A DNA stretch of 64,000 nt from Felis catus (Eukaryota). Shown here one piece after another: positions 12,165 through 25,429 of this stretch. Where the stretch lies: contig NC_058383.1 in assembly GCF_018350175.1 (NCBI RefSeq), positions 27,282,001 to 27,346,000 of the forward strand, written 5' to 3'. The notes beneath the pieces were generated by a model, which was not told where the DNA came from, did not search any database, and worked only from the letters and a program-made list of their open reading frames with translations. How positions within the stretch are numbered: position 1 is the stretch's first letter; every line of letters begins with the position of its first letter. A program made the position numbers and the translations under genes.

Positions 12165-12385
12165 CTAGATGGCCAGTTTCAAATCCTAGCTGCTCTCCCC
12201 ATTAGCTCCTGGACAAGCACCTTAACCTCTCTGCGCCCCTGTTTGTCTGTCAAGCGGAGATGATGTTGATACACCTCCCATTGGGGATACTTGTGAAATC
12301 TGCATGAGTGAACCTATACCAAGAGGTTGCTCAGAAACATGCCCAGAACCCACTCGAAGTGCTTAATGAAGGTTAGCTAACAACG
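12165..12385 (+). mobile_element. MIR
   Basis: ttcaaatcctagct ... ggacaagcacttaacctctctg core. Confidence 0.65.
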
Positions 12386-12445
12386 GTAAGTTTACAAATC
12401 CACGTATGTTGCACACTTCGCAGCTCATGATACCCTATATTCAAC

Positions 12446-12545
12446 GGGCACCTGGCTGGGTCAGCTAGAAGAGCATGTAACTATCTCACAGTCACGAGTT
12501 CGAGCCCAACATTGTGTATATCGACTAGTTAAAAAATCTTAAAAC
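12446..12545 (+). mobile_element. Short tRNA-Lys-like old carnivore SINE
   Basis: gggcacctggctgggtcagctagaagagcatg, B-box gagttcgagccc, and a short A tail with no CT tract. Confidence 0.7.
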
Positions 12546-13763
12546 ACAGAAACATATTCAAGGTACGTTAGTCACTGTGGACAAGAGTCATGATTTTGAA
12601 GTGTTCTCAGTCAACGGCCAAACTCAAACCTTCAACATCTTGGGCAAAGTCAGCTCCCACCAAGAAGGGATGAATAGTGATCTCAACACGATCTATTTTT
12701 CACAACAGTACATGTAGCTGGGCTTTGGGGGAACTTGTCGGCTATTTGTGGAATGTTGCATCACATGGTTCACCCTGAGTCACACAGACCAGTAAGGCGC
12801 CCAGGACCAAGGACCACAAACCCTCCCTGAGAATGTTTCCGTTCTCAGGAAACAGGCTCCCTGCCTGTCTCTGCCCAAGCAGTGGTCCAGCTGGTCACCT
12901 CCCTGCTCCACTCCCCACCAGGGCTGATTAAAGACCCAGCAAACCAGAGCCAGAAGCAAAGATCATAGGAGAGGGACTCGGCCTGTCCCAAAACCAGCCG
13001 TGTCTGCTCCAGAGAGGTTCTGTTCCCCCAAGGAGGCTGGCGGGAGGAAAGCAGATGGGCTGAGAAGCAATTTGGTCTCGCTGTCCTCTCAACAGATGCT
13101 GGGCACCATAAGAATTAATGGGCTGGAGACTCAGGTAAGAGCCATTCAAAAGCTCCCTGATTGCTCCAAAAACCGCTCTCCACGGAGGAAAAGGTTAATC
13201 GAAGCCCAGAGCTGGAAGAGAGGCGAGGAGACAGCAATTGCTTTAATCCTGCAAGTCGGCAAAGAGCTTCCACAGAGAGAAGTTTGCACGGAGGAGGCTG
13301 TGGTCTGCCTCAGAAAAAGGAACCAGGCCTCCAAATCGAGTTATTTGCAAAGCCTGCTCCATCAGGCCACAAGCCTTGGCCAGTCCCTCTCTGAACCCAA
13401 GCCAAGTAGCTCCATTTTCATTTTTTTTTTTTTTTTTTTTACACGCTGCACACTCCCTGCACTGTTGAGCCATAAATCTCTCAGGAAACCATCTCCGAAA
13501 GGTGTTTTCCCTTTTACCTACGCCATGCACATGCTCACACACGAGTCATTACTCGACAGTGACTATGCACGCAAACACAGACCCAGAGACTCTGGGTGAC
13601 GAGTATGTCATGGCTGGAGATGGGACAAGTCTGATATTAACCAGAGAGGGTGACGTTTGGACATAAACGAGGCAACACCTAGGAAGGAACAAATTACACT
13701 TTTCTACATGGTTATGATTCCATGGCCAGGGTCATCTTTTTCCACAGAGCAAAGAGGGGTGTA

Positions 13764-13971
13764 CCAAGGTATCTCACCCTTGGCACTGCTCATATTTGGG
13801 AGATCATTCTTCCTCAGGTGTCTGCAGGGTATTTAGCACCTCTGACCTCTACTCACTGGAGGCCAGTAGCACTGCCCCACCCCCAAGTCGTAACAAAAAT
13901 GTCTCAAGACATTGTCAAATGTCCCCTGGGCGGGGTTGGGGGGGTAAATTCACAACCAGTTGTGAACCGCT
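13764..13971 (-). mobile_element. MER20
   Basis: caaaaatgtctcaagacattgtcaaatgtcccctggg ... gttgtgaaccgctg. Confidence 0.85.
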
Positions 13972-14389
13972 GGTTTCGTGGGAGGCTTTAGTTCAGCAGA
14001 ACTTAAGCCAGCGAATTAGCTAATGCTAAGTATAAGCCAGATTTCTTACCTAAGTCCCCAGTATCTGCACAGTACCGTAGGAGCTATTAAGTTCCTTTGA
14101 CCCTGGCAAGATGCACTGGACATCAGTTTGACAGGCTGGTTCCAAATGTGACCACCTTTTCTCCCCCCACCTCCCTTACCAGTCCTTTCCCTTCACCCTT
14201 GCCTGATAAGGTAATTCCTTATTCATCTTGACGTTCTAGTGACACAAAGGCATTGAAGGAGCTCGAAGGAGCTAACACTTTAATTGATTCTAAGGAAAAG
14301 TGGCATTATTTTTATAGGAATCCAGATATAATATGCAAAATGTTCAGAATGCTCTCACTGTGGTCTCTTTGCCTGTAACTCTTTCTCCA

Positions 14390-14712
14390 CTGTATGCTCT
14401 CAGCTCAAACCTCCGTTCCTGAGCTTGCAACTCGAGTCCAAAGAGAACGCTCCCTGGACAAGCTTCTCTATAGCGCCCAGCCACTCCTACTTACAGACCT
14501 GCCTGTATTTCTGGTCACTTATTACTACCCGAAATTATGGGCACATTTTTTTTTATTCAGAAATTCACTGGTTGACTCCCCCAACCAGAGCAGGTGCTCT
14601 ATGGGCAGGGAGCTTTCTGTCTTGTTCACTGCTGTATCTTTAGCATCTAGCACAAGGCCCGGCCTCTTCCTGGCCCCAGAACTACCTAAGTAAGCAAATG
14701 GATGAATGAATT
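14390..14712 (+). mobile_element. L2 3' fragment
   Basis: gggcagggagctttctgtcttgttcactgctgtatct ... gatgaatgaat tail. Confidence 0.7.
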
Positions 14713-15629
14713 TGCATAGCTGTAGCTCTGGAGTATTAATTTCTTACCACCCACTTCTCTGTCTGCCTGAGCTCTGTTCACAATCCTCATGGCCCCAGCA
14801 TCATCTTTTAATTCAGTGAATGTAGTTAACTCAGTCCTCTTATACTCCCAGTTACTGAGCAGATCAAAGACATTCAAGTACCTGGTTGGTTGATGAACAC
14901 TGAGCAATCAGGAGTTTTTCCTCCTAATGCCCTTGATATTCAGGTCCTGCGAGAATTCTCAATGCAAACGAAGGTTTGTTTCCCTTCTAAGTACAGCCAA
15001 CTTCACAAATACCCAGATGGACAAATCTTTGTTCTAACTAAGAGTTCCTTTATTACAACTCCCAGGGTATCTCAGGATTTGAGTAGAGGACATTAACTAA
15101 TTGACAGTGAAGCCGTTTGTGGGGGCAGGAGGTGGGGGGGGGGGGTAGAGGGGATAAGGCAGGCAGAGAAGCTAAAATTAAATGACAAGAGCCTTGCCAA
15201 ATTGGAGAGGGTTCAGAAATAAGCCATCTTGGGGATCAATGAGAAAGAATCAAATAATGAGCATTTAAATTGGTCAAAAACACTACTGATGTACAGGGAG
15301 AGATTTCATTTTTGTTTTAAAACAAATTTTCTATTGGCTCCATTGCTCAAACCATTTTTTCCACAAGCCTTGTGGCAATCTATCTGTCAAAGAATTACTC
15401 ACTGTGCAAAGCATTATATCTATTTATCTACATACCTACTCACCTGTCACCCATCTCTCTCTCTTCCTATTTATCTAAGTACATTGGGGATACTTTTGCA
15501 AAGCGTTCCCTTTATCTAGACCTTGGGTTGTATACATCAAGCCCATCCCTCCAGTTCTGCCTGAGCCATTTCACATCTACCCAGTCAAGGCAACTTGTTT
15601 TTCTGGAACACTAAGATACAAGTTGAGAA

Positions 15630-15830
15630 GATAGATTGTGGTATCCTGTGGCCCCCAGTTTGACACTCGCCGATGCTATGTGCTCCCAGCATCATCTTGA
15701 GCACGTTTGTTAACCTCTCTGACCCTTAAGTTCCTCATCTGGAAAATGGGTATCATGAGAACACCTACATAATGAGGTGAAGATATAGTGGGAGAAGCCA
15801 GTTCTCAGCAAATGGTCAATGTCAGTGTGA
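15630..15830 (+). mobile_element. MIR
   Basis: ttaacctctctgaccctt aagttcctcatctggaaaatggg core. Confidence 0.65.
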
Positions 15831-17137
15831 GCAGAGGTCGTGGTAATGCCAGTAACCAAATTCACACGGCTTTCACACTGGCTTTCTCCTCATTACTACA
15901 TCCTCTGGTTCCCGGGTAACCACCATCTGGAGACTAGGGAAGCATCCACCATGGCAAGTCAGGGCTTCCTTGGTGCACCCCAGGAGCAGCCCGCTGAGGG
16001 AAAGCTGACACCAGGGATTTCAACCTCACTAGGCTCCCTCATTCTATTAATGTGGCCATCGGGCAGAGTGAGGCATGCTGATGCCAGCAGATGCAGAGCT
16101 CGGTGCTGCCACAGGCCAAGCGCATTACAGGGGCTCCGGAAGCCCATCTGTCTCTGGTCGCCAACTCAGAACAGGGGCTTGAGGGTGGATTCACCAAGTT
16201 CTGGGGGAGGACCCAACAAACACCCTGGGTGGCCCAATGTTCCTACACAGGCCGAGCACTAAGTAAGCTGAGCCACAGGTATGTCATGTACAAACACAGC
16301 TCACAATGAATCTGAAAGGCAAGCCCTACGTGTGACACCTGTGCTTCAGGCCGGACCAGGTAACGCCTGTCTGAGGAGCAAAGGGAGCTGAGGCAAAGAA
16401 GCAGGAGCTGAGCCAGACTTCCGACACCTGTCCCTTACCACTGCATGGTTGGTTTTCCAAGCTCAGCCTCATCTGCTGTCTCGCTGCTGCCATATGGGTA
16501 ATATTTGGGACACTACTTTCTGCCAGAAAACCCATCCATGTCCCTCTTGTCTGACCTGCCTGCAGGCAGCTGAACAGGATCCCATCATGAGTCCCAGGAT
16601 GGACTGGGGCCCAGCACAGCATAAGATCTGGCCACGGACTTGTGCCAACAGTTACAGAAAAACATTAGTACTTTGGTTGGGTTCCAGAGTCTCTTTAACA
16701 TAGGAACTTAGAACATCCTACGGCTCCCCAAGAGCCGGCTGGGGCTGACAGAGTGGTACTGGAGCCCAGGTGAGTCATCTCCCTGATAGCGTGGCATCAA
16801 CGTAGAAAGCCTGTCTTGTGCTGTGGCTGGCTTGGCATCAGGTTCGGGTCTAGGAGAGGTCACTGTGTAGGGGCGAGCTGTCACCCTCACCATAGCCATC
16901 AGCAAGTGACTGTTCTTTCCCATGGAGGTTCTTAATTGCTGACTGGATGGTTTCTACAGTAAAGGACACAAGACAGCCAAGGACAGAACTACCTGGGGCA
17001 CATCTACTCCTCCCTGGGAGATAAGATTTGGCTCCTAGAATTCGGGACACAGACCATCTGCCCAGGGGCTCTCCTGAGTCAAGTTTTCCTCTGGGGAAGG
17101 ACTGATCAAGGGAAGGGCCATCATTTAAACACACCCT

Positions 17138-17362
17138 GGGATGCCTGGGTGGCTCAGTCAGTTAAGCATCCAACTTTGGCTCAGGTCATGATCTCTTGGT
17201 TTGTGGGTTTGAGCCCCACATCAGGCTCTGTGCTGACAGGGTGGAGCCTGGAGCCTGCTTCGGATTCTGTGTCTCCCTCTCTCTCTCTGCCCCTCTCCCA
17301 CTTGTGCTCTGTCTCTCACAAATAAACATGAAAAAAATCATTAAAAAGTAACAAAAAATGAA
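17138..17362 (+). mobile_element. CanSINE (SINEC_Fc-type)
   Basis: Head gggatgcctgggtggctcagtcagttaag, CT tract and A-rich tail. Confidence 0.95.
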
Positions 17363-17494
17363 AACATACTGTGGAAGTTCTCTGGTAATCCACTCAGTAG
17401 ACTGGGGAGAGCCTTGTTTTCCAAAACACAGCATACAAACAAATGCTCTGAGAGTATAGTAGATGATTTTGGAGGGAACTCAAAAGGAACCATT

Positions 17495-17700
17495 AAATTG
17501 TATTTTAGTATTTTAAGTTTTATGTTTTTAATTTTATATTTATATTCAATAGTTTAATATTTAACTAATCATATTTAATAGCTTAACATTTTAATATAGT
17601 TTAATAGTTTAATATTTATATATTTTTATTTATTTTTATTTAATCGTTTAATATTTAATCATTTAACTCTTGAATAATAGCTTAATTCTTAATGTTTTGC
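17495..17700. repeat. Extremely AT-rich low-complexity tract with degenerate TTTAATA repeats
   Basis: Repeated tttaata/tttaatag words; almost no G or C. Confidence 0.75.
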
Positions 17701-17766
17701 GGAAAAAAAAAATCTAACTAGCATGTGATTCCTTGCTTGTGATTTCACCAATATTATCCCTCGGGA

Positions 17767-18010
17767 TAGCGTTTCTCATCATCATCATTACTGACCTTTC
17801 ATACCAGCTCGTTCTCTGTGTGGGGGGCGGGGGGGGGGGGGCTGGCCCGGGCACTGCCCGAAGTTTAACAGCATCCCTGGAGTCTACCTCCCCACCTGCT
17901 ACCCTGGTGTAGTCACCTCCCCACCCCAAGGTGAGAAAATCAAAAATTGTCTTCAGACATTGTCGTACGTCCTCTGGAGGTCAAAGATCGCCTTGACTGA
18001 GCACGATTGG
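17767..18010 (-). mobile_element. MER20
   Basis: tttaacagcatccctgg; aaaattgtcttcagacattgtc; ttgactgagcacgattg. Confidence 0.8.
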
Positions 18011-20024
18011 CTTAGAGTAAGTCCATGTCTGAAAGTACATTAGGTTGATTTAAGGCCAATGTACTTCTATGGGACTTGGAACAGGTGTGATTCACATGGG
18101 GCAAACACAGCTAAGGTGACAGGTCACTGGCAGAAGTTTCAGAGGAACCAGACCAGAGGATGGCCCAAAAGGGCCAGAGAACGGGGTCCTTATCCTCCAA
18201 GTCACATGCTCTTTCCCACCTGCTCTGTTGTGTCATTCCTGAAGTCGACAGAACTCAACATACGTGTAGGAAAGAGAAGGCAGAGGACTCCACTTTGCCC
18301 ATCATGTGTAGGCCTCCTGATCTGGTAAGGAGAACTGGGGGGGGGGGGGGGGGGAGGGCCTTCATTCCCCTAGGGGAGACTGAGGCAGAGACATTGGTGA
18401 GAACAGGGACCCCTGGAGGAGGCTGGAGAGGCAGACAGGCAGGTGGGTCTTGCCAGACAACTCCAGAAACAGCCACAACGCTGCTCCACAGCCTTGCAAA
18501 GTTCCAGCAGGCTTGCCTGTCTTGGGCAGACAGGGCTCTGGATGCAGTCCATCTGGTCTCCTCTCTGTGTGACCAACCCTCAGAGCCCAGGAAACGATCA
18601 ATCCAAAGATAGCTCCCCTTAAAGCCCAGCCTGAAAGGCAACAGTCTATTGGTTTCAAAAGCTACCTCACCAGTACTTAATACATACTGACGACTTCACG
18701 GACACCATTTTCTGCTGTGCTCACAACGCCGCAAGGTAGGCACTGCCACCATGGGAATATTCCAGATGGCAGGAGGGAGACTGACAGGCGACGTCACTTT
18801 TCAGGCCCTGAAGATGAGTACGCGGATACAAGGGTACACATGTGCATGCACACACAATCGGCTGGCATGTGTCCCCACCTGCGTGTGCTTGCACACATCC
18901 CAATGGGCAAGAGGATGGTCTGATGTGCCTGCCCAGCTTTCCTAAGCCAAGAGGGTGCACCAAGCCCCCTGAAGAGCTGGCACAGGTAAGTGAGAAAAAT
19001 CAGGGGAAGGTACTGACCTGTGTCTCCAGGGTGATCGGTGGACTTGGATGAGGGTCCTGCAGGGAGAGAGGAGAAAACACAGGTAAGTGATGGGGGGAAA
19101 CTGAGCCTACTAAGCCAGTTCGCATTTTCCAACAAAGCTACATCTCTTCAGTGCCTAACAAGCCCACAGGGAGGGCTGCCCAAATGTCTTCCCCATTCCA
19201 CAACTCATGAGAAGAGCTTGACCCAATCCCCAATCTCCCCCTAACTTCTTCCCACACCCAGATGACTAAGGGGGTTCAAGTTTCTCACTGACAGGTTAAG
19301 GGGACACCCGCCATGGAGATCATGCAAACGTGCAAGTGTAAGGAAATAGGAAAGAAAGCACTCTTGCTGCTTCTCTCAAAGTGTGTTCAAATCCTCTATA
19401 CGGAGAGAATGGACCCCTGAGAAGATTACAAACACACCTCAAGGAACAGAGTCCAGATGAGGGGGCAAGGCCACCAATTTGTGCCTGGTCTTACAAAAAA
19501 TGAGGGAAGGAACAGACAGAGAAAGAAGAGCTTAATTCCTCATTTTCGCAGCACATTCCAATGGGCTGGGGAAGAGCCTTTTCAGGATAGCGAAGGCCAG
19601 AGAAAAGTCCTATTCATTCACTCTCTACAAAAGCCAATTGACTGGAAAGGCTTGGTGGTCATGTCGCGGGTCATTAAACATGAACTCTCTAGGTGGGGGG
19701 CAGGGTGGGTCGAGAGGCGGGAGGGATGGGTGAGGAGGAGGCAGGGTTTTTCAGCAAATGGTTTCCAAGGAAAACAGGAAACCCAGCACATAAAGACTAT
19801 TTTTGTCTGCACTGTGTCGGCTCTGAACTTAACCACCCTGGATTCAGGATTCTGGGAAAGCAACCTCAAGCTGCCTGTTACAGAGAATGGGCTTGATTTT
19901 AGGGCCCCGAGGGACAAACTCAGTTTGGAAGCGTTGCTTTAGGCAAGAGATTTTCCAGCACTGGCTTCTAGGAAGCCATGCAATTGAGCACCCCCCGGCC
20001 CTAGTCGGTGAATAAGAAGGAAGT

Positions 20025-20500
20025 ATAGGGATTATGCTGTATTTGTCCTTCTGTGGTCTGACTTGGTTCACTCTACGTAACATCCTTAAGGTTCATCCTT
20101 GTTGTCACATAAGGCTGAGTAACAGTGCACTATACGCATTCACCACATCTTGATCCATTCATCCATCAACAGATGTTTACCCTTTTTTCCTATCTTGGCT
20201 GTTGTATGGCTTCAATGAGCATGGGCACCCAAGTGTCATGATTCCACTCCCATGAGGCATCTCCAATAGTCAAATTCACAGAAACAGACAGGGGAAGGGT
20301 GGGTGTCAGGTGGGCTGGAGGCAAGGAATGGGAAGTTGCTATTCAACAGGTGTCAAGTTTCATTCATGCAAGATGTAGAAACCCTGGCATTCAGCTGTAC
20401 GACATTGTGGTTACAGTGAACAAAATTTTTAGGTGTATACTGCAGTGTTAACAGAGTACAACTCCTGTTGTGTTCTTACCACAATTAGAAAAGAGAAAAC
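20025..20500 (+). mobile_element. Truncated L1 (L1MA/MB-like 3' end) with inverted 5' segment
   Basis: 20025-20235 is L1 on the minus strand. 20237-20500 is the adjacent L1 3'UTR on the plus strand, ending ttcttaccacaattagaaaagagaaaa. Confidence 0.8.
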
Positions 20501-22134
20501 TGCGGCAAAATTTTCAACCCTTACCCTAGGGGAATGGTCAGTCGCTTTCTTAATGATTCTGCTGTGGTATCTTTATAACGATGCCAAAGTAACCCTGAGC
20601 TCTGGTCTGTTCTGAGTTTTCTTTCAAGATGAAGGGTTCCTTTCCCCACCCACCCCACCCCCACTCCAGATCCTAGCTCTGAATCCAGTCCCCAGCATTT
20701 CTCCAAGGCTACAGCTCCAAGTTGACCACAGGCAAACAGCTCACTCCAATTTCCACATTCTACCCAGGCACAGAATATTCCTCAGACCCAGGAAGATACT
20801 GAGGGGAATACTCCTCCCCCTCTCTGGACACTGCAGCCTTGTCCTTCAAGCCTTGAAAGTATTTTAGAGGCTCTCTCTTTAAACCCTTATCTAGCTCCCT
20901 CCCAAGGGTGAGGAGGGGGCCACTATATGGGTGAGAACCTTGGCTGAGGCATTTTTGAGTGAGCAGCCTCCGTGTTTTAGCCATTCCTCACGGGGCTCCC
21001 CCTGACCAGCCTCTTCATCCTCACACACAGGGAGTGGCAACCCTGTTCTTCCATTTTCCCTGTGTCAGGCACACTGGACAGGACCCACTTTTGTCTTTGG
21101 GAGACAAGGCTCTTCTCCTGGTCTATGACAGGGTGGGACTCCGGCCTCAGGCATGCTGCTTTGTGGGTGAGGGCATGCCACATTACTCTTCAACTCCGAG
21201 TCAGCCTGTGTGTCTCTCCCAAAGTTCAGTTTCTGCCATCTCGATTTGGCCAGAAGATAAGAAGCTGCCTCTCAGACTCCAACATGAGCCTCATTCTCAA
21301 AGCCAGGTCACAGTGAAGAACCACACTGGGGTGTTGGGTGTGCGCCCAGATTAATTAAGTTGTACTTCTCAGCCCATTTGGCTATTGTTTGGGGCTTATG
21401 CTTCACTGCTCAGAATCCTGAAGGGGTGGAGAGGGGAGAATGCCATCCTGAACCCCTAAGAACAACTTCCCTGAAAGCGATCGTCCTTGGCAAACCACAG
21501 AAAACTCTGTCAACTTGTCAACTGTACTGACAAAACCCAAAGCTGATCCTTAGATTCTGGTAGAGCACCGGCTCTTTACTTGGCATTCCAAGATCAGAAA
21601 CCCTCCCAGCACATGGTCAGGGGTCCAGTATTATCTACTTAGCATGTTAATGACCTAGCCTGGAAGCAGACAGAGTACTCCCAAGTGGCCATGTTATTAA
21701 CACTTAGGATTCACTTGCCAACAAAAATTCAATCTCCTCCCTCTGTGCACACTCAAAACCTAAGCTTCTCCCTACAGAAGCTCCATCCAGAAGATTCCAG
21801 GTATGGCAATATATCTGTGAGGTCTCCCTTTCAGCAACATCCTCCTTAATTGGAAAGGCTAACGAAGTGGAACCGGGTCAATGATGCTGTCTGCCTAATC
21901 CATCGTGTCTGTCTAAACTGGGACTCTTTGGTTTACAGTAGAGTAAATTCCTGTCTGTCAGGGGAAAGGCTCCTGGAGACCAAAGGGGAATTTGCAACAT
22001 GCTCGGATGCTACAGTGGAGTGCTTTTAGAATCTTAATGTGGATACTGGGGCTACGGAACTGCCTGAAGCAAGGGAAGCCCTTTCATATCATCTATTGCA
22101 ATGACTAAATTGGGGAAGTCAAATAGGGAACCAG

Positions 22135-22565
22135 GCAGACAGATTTAGTGGCCCGCATTCTTCACCACTCCCTGTATCCACGCCCTCTAGTCACATGACT
22201 TTCCATTTCTTTGCTGAGTGTTCTGCCCCATCCCTTGACCTTGGGCTTGCCATTTTGATGTGTTTCATCCAAGGGGAGATTAACAAACAGGACCTAAGCA
22301 GAAGCTTGAAATATGCTTGTGTGATTGAACATGATCTCTTGTGCTTTTGCTATCCCCACAAGAACATGCCCCAGGTAGCCTGCTGGTGCAAGGAGGAGGA
22401 CACACACAGGGAACAAACCTATATGCAACCTGCAGCTTGAAGCCCACCCCAGCCTTGAACAGCCAACCTTCAGACACATATATAATACATGCTTGTTGTT
22501 GCAAGCCACACAGTTCAGGGTGCTTTGTTATGCAGCCATCATTGTGGTAGTAACTAACTGATACA
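22135..22565 (+). mobile_element. MaLR solo LTR (MLT1I/J-like)
   Basis: ccatcccttgaccttgggcttg...; 3' end gcaagccac..tttgttatgcagc..taactgataca. Confidence 0.8.
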
Positions 22566-22984
22566 CTTTCTGAAGATTGATCCTAACAAAAACATAATGG
22601 ACAGTCCAGCCTTGGAAACAAAATGCTATGTACTCTCCCCAAGTATGCAAACAAACCTCAGGAACCTGAACTAACTACCATTTATAGCTATGATTTAGGA
22701 CCTACTATGTGCCACACTCCACATGAGCTGTAGGTTATGCCAAGCAAAGGACATTCTCAACCACCAAGACCTCATACTACATAGGAGGTCACTTTCATCT
22801 CTTTGCCAAATGGACCAGTCCCTCTGAATTTACTCCAATGCCATGACAAACAATGGTAACAGGATTTCTCAGAATCCTCTTGCCCTGAGGTAATTACCAG
22901 TTTCATTTCTCCAGTTTATTTTAAACTTTAACCCATGGGCCTATTAGTTGACCGTTTCCAACAATCATCAATACTAGTAAGAAC

Positions 22985-23230
22985 TAGTAAGTGATAACTA
23001 ATACCTGGAGTTCTTACCACGTTTCAGACACTGGCTTACCTTCTAGACATGTATCATTCCACTGACCCCTTGTAACAACCCTAGGAGATAGAGACTTCCA
23101 TGATGCTCATTACAGAAATGAGCCAACTGATGACCAGAGAAATTGAGCGACGTGTTCAAGGTTACACAGACAGTACTGAAGCCTGGACTGGACACCAGGG
23201 CCCTGTACTTGAGAAACCTGTGCTCCATTA
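22985..23230 (-). mobile_element. MIR
   Basis: cttaccacgtttcagacactg ... taacaaccctagga ... ttcaaggttacacag. Confidence 0.6.
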
Positions 23231-24382
23231 TTTTATATTAGCTCCACTGGAGAACACAATCCCCCATCAGAAAAAATCATCTTGCAACCTGGATGAGGTC
23301 TACTAAAAGAAAGAACACACACAGCAAATCAACAGTAGCACTTTAACCACTATTAGCATCCTTTTTTAAAAAAAAAAGGTAGTGGACACGGTTAATGGAA
23401 ATTAGCACACGTGTCCTGACTAAAAATAAAACACAGCCACTTTGCCACAGCGGGGCACCAAATCCATCCACACATTTACGGAATCCCGACTCAGTAGCTA
23501 GCACCATGTCTGGTGGGCACCAGGAGGGAGACAGAAAGGAGTTTAAAGGGACTCTGTGTACACTTCTATTCCCAAAGCTAACGGTTTAAATAATAGGTAG
23601 GAGTCTGATTACAGATCCTGGAGAAATGAAACTCGGTCTCACTTCAAGACCAGGAAGCCAGGCTCAAACTTTGAGCTCAGCAAGCCCAAAAGCCTGATTT
23701 TAACAAGCAATTAGGCTTTCATGAAGAAAATAGGAGGAGACATTTCATGATCATTCCATATGTGCCTCAAACGTTTTGGGCTCCCCTGGTCGGCGGTGAG
23801 CCTCGAGCTTAGCCTCAGCCATTGGAAAGTGTGTTCCCTTCCTGTGCTTTGAGTATCTCCTAAGATAGTGTTTGCTCTTGGGTATTAAGCAATGGCTTTG
23901 GTGTGGAGGCAACAATACTGTGACTCAAGTCTTCAGAGCCAGATTTCCCCCCATCGGGGCGCCCCCATCAAGTCAGCAGAGCGATAGACACCAGGCCCTG
24001 CAGTACAATCTCTGCACGGACACACCCAGGAGAACACTTCAGAAGGCTCGTGTGGCACTTTTCCCGAGAGCCCTCTGGGGACAGAAATAGAAGGCTCCCC
24101 CATTAGGAGTTTGTGCTTTACCAAACACCAGGTACCTCAGGAAATGCAGGGGGATGTTTATAGGATCAGAGATTAAAACACAAAATCTCACCAACAGCGT
24201 TCCTGCCTGCTGGAGACCACCCAGGAAGACCATCAAGTGCAAGGGGAATTCGGATGCCAAGCCAAGGACCCAAAAGGATGCTGTCACTTGTAACAAGGGA
24301 CTATATGGGGCAAAGAAGGAAAATGCAGTGGAAGAGTGCAGGTTCAGGGTCAGACCGTCAGCTGAAATCACACGTCACCACT

Positions 24383-24730
24383 GATTAGTCTGCTTGGCCC
24401 ATGTGCCAGACATGTTTATTTTTACAGTTCTGGAGGCTGGAAATCCAAGATCCAGGAGCCAAGAGAGTTGCTGTCTGCTGAAGCCTTTCTCCTCAACTCA
24501 CCAACACCCATCTTCTCACTGCGTCTTCACATGTTCTTCCCTCCATGCCTGAACCTCTTTGGTGTCTCCTGTGCATCGAAAATTTCCTCCTCTTATAAGG
24601 ACATCAGTCAGAATGATTAGAGCCCAGACTTCAGGCCTGATATTAACTTCATTACCTCTGTCAAGGCCCGGTCTCCAAACCTTCACATTCTGAGGTGCTG
24701 GGGTTTGGCGATTCAGCAGATTAACAACCA
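24383..24730 (-). mobile_element. MaLR LTR (MLT1B-like)
   Basis: acagttctggaggctggaaatccaagatc; cttataaggacatcagtc; cacattctgaggtgctgggg. Confidence 0.8.
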
Positions 24731-25058
24731 CTTAGTAGATTTGGGACCTCAGGCAAACTACTTAGTTTCTGTGAGCTTAACTTTTCTCAACCACACCCTG
24801 TGAATAGGTGGGACTGTATTCTCCAACAGAGCTACTGCAAGGAAGGACGGAAAGGACAGTCTAGGACTGTTTTCAAAGTTAAAGGGGACACAAATAAGGA
24901 CACTAGCTTAAGAGGTGGAAATGTGGACTGTTCAAGTGTATAGAGAGTCACCTCCTCATCTTGGAAGTGGGCTACCACAGACATTATAGGTGATCATGCA
25001 TATTTAATAAAACCAGCTATTTTTAACGTCTGCTGCTTGGTTACAAGCTCAAAAACAA

Positions 25059-25255
25059 GGGCACTGGGGTGGCCTCAGTGGGTGTCTGACTCTTGATTTC
25101 AGCCCAGGTCACGATCTCAGTTTGTGGGATCAAGCCCTGCGTCAAGCTCTGTGCTGACAGCACAGAGCTTGCATGGGATTCTCTCCCTCCCTCTCTCACT
25201 GTCTCTCCCCTGCTCACACTCACTCTGTCTCAACCTAAATAAACAAATTTTTAAA
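25059..25255 (+). mobile_element. CanSINE
   Basis: ctgactcttgatttcagcccaggtcacgatctc and CT tract; flanking repeat aagctcaaaa. Confidence 0.9.
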
Positions 25256-25429
25256 AGCTCAAAAGTTATCTCCTCTTTGTCATCTTCTTCCAGGCTTTTG
25301 AAGGCTAAGACATACACCTCCACCCCCAAACCAATCAGCCACAATTCTTCTCCACGGCCACTCATTATAGATCCCAGCTGAACCAATCCCATTCGACAGT
25401 AGTGAAATGGGCAAATTTAGCCATCTCCT

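Noticed and set aside
12446..12545. tRNA-like sequence with A and B boxes
   Set aside because: Degenerate, no intact cloverleaf and has an A-rich tail, so it is a tRNA-derived SINE rather than a tRNA gene.
13000..13599. 199-aa plus-strand ORF
   Set aside because: Non-ATG start, runs through a poly-T tract, no recognisable domain and no supporting splice structure.
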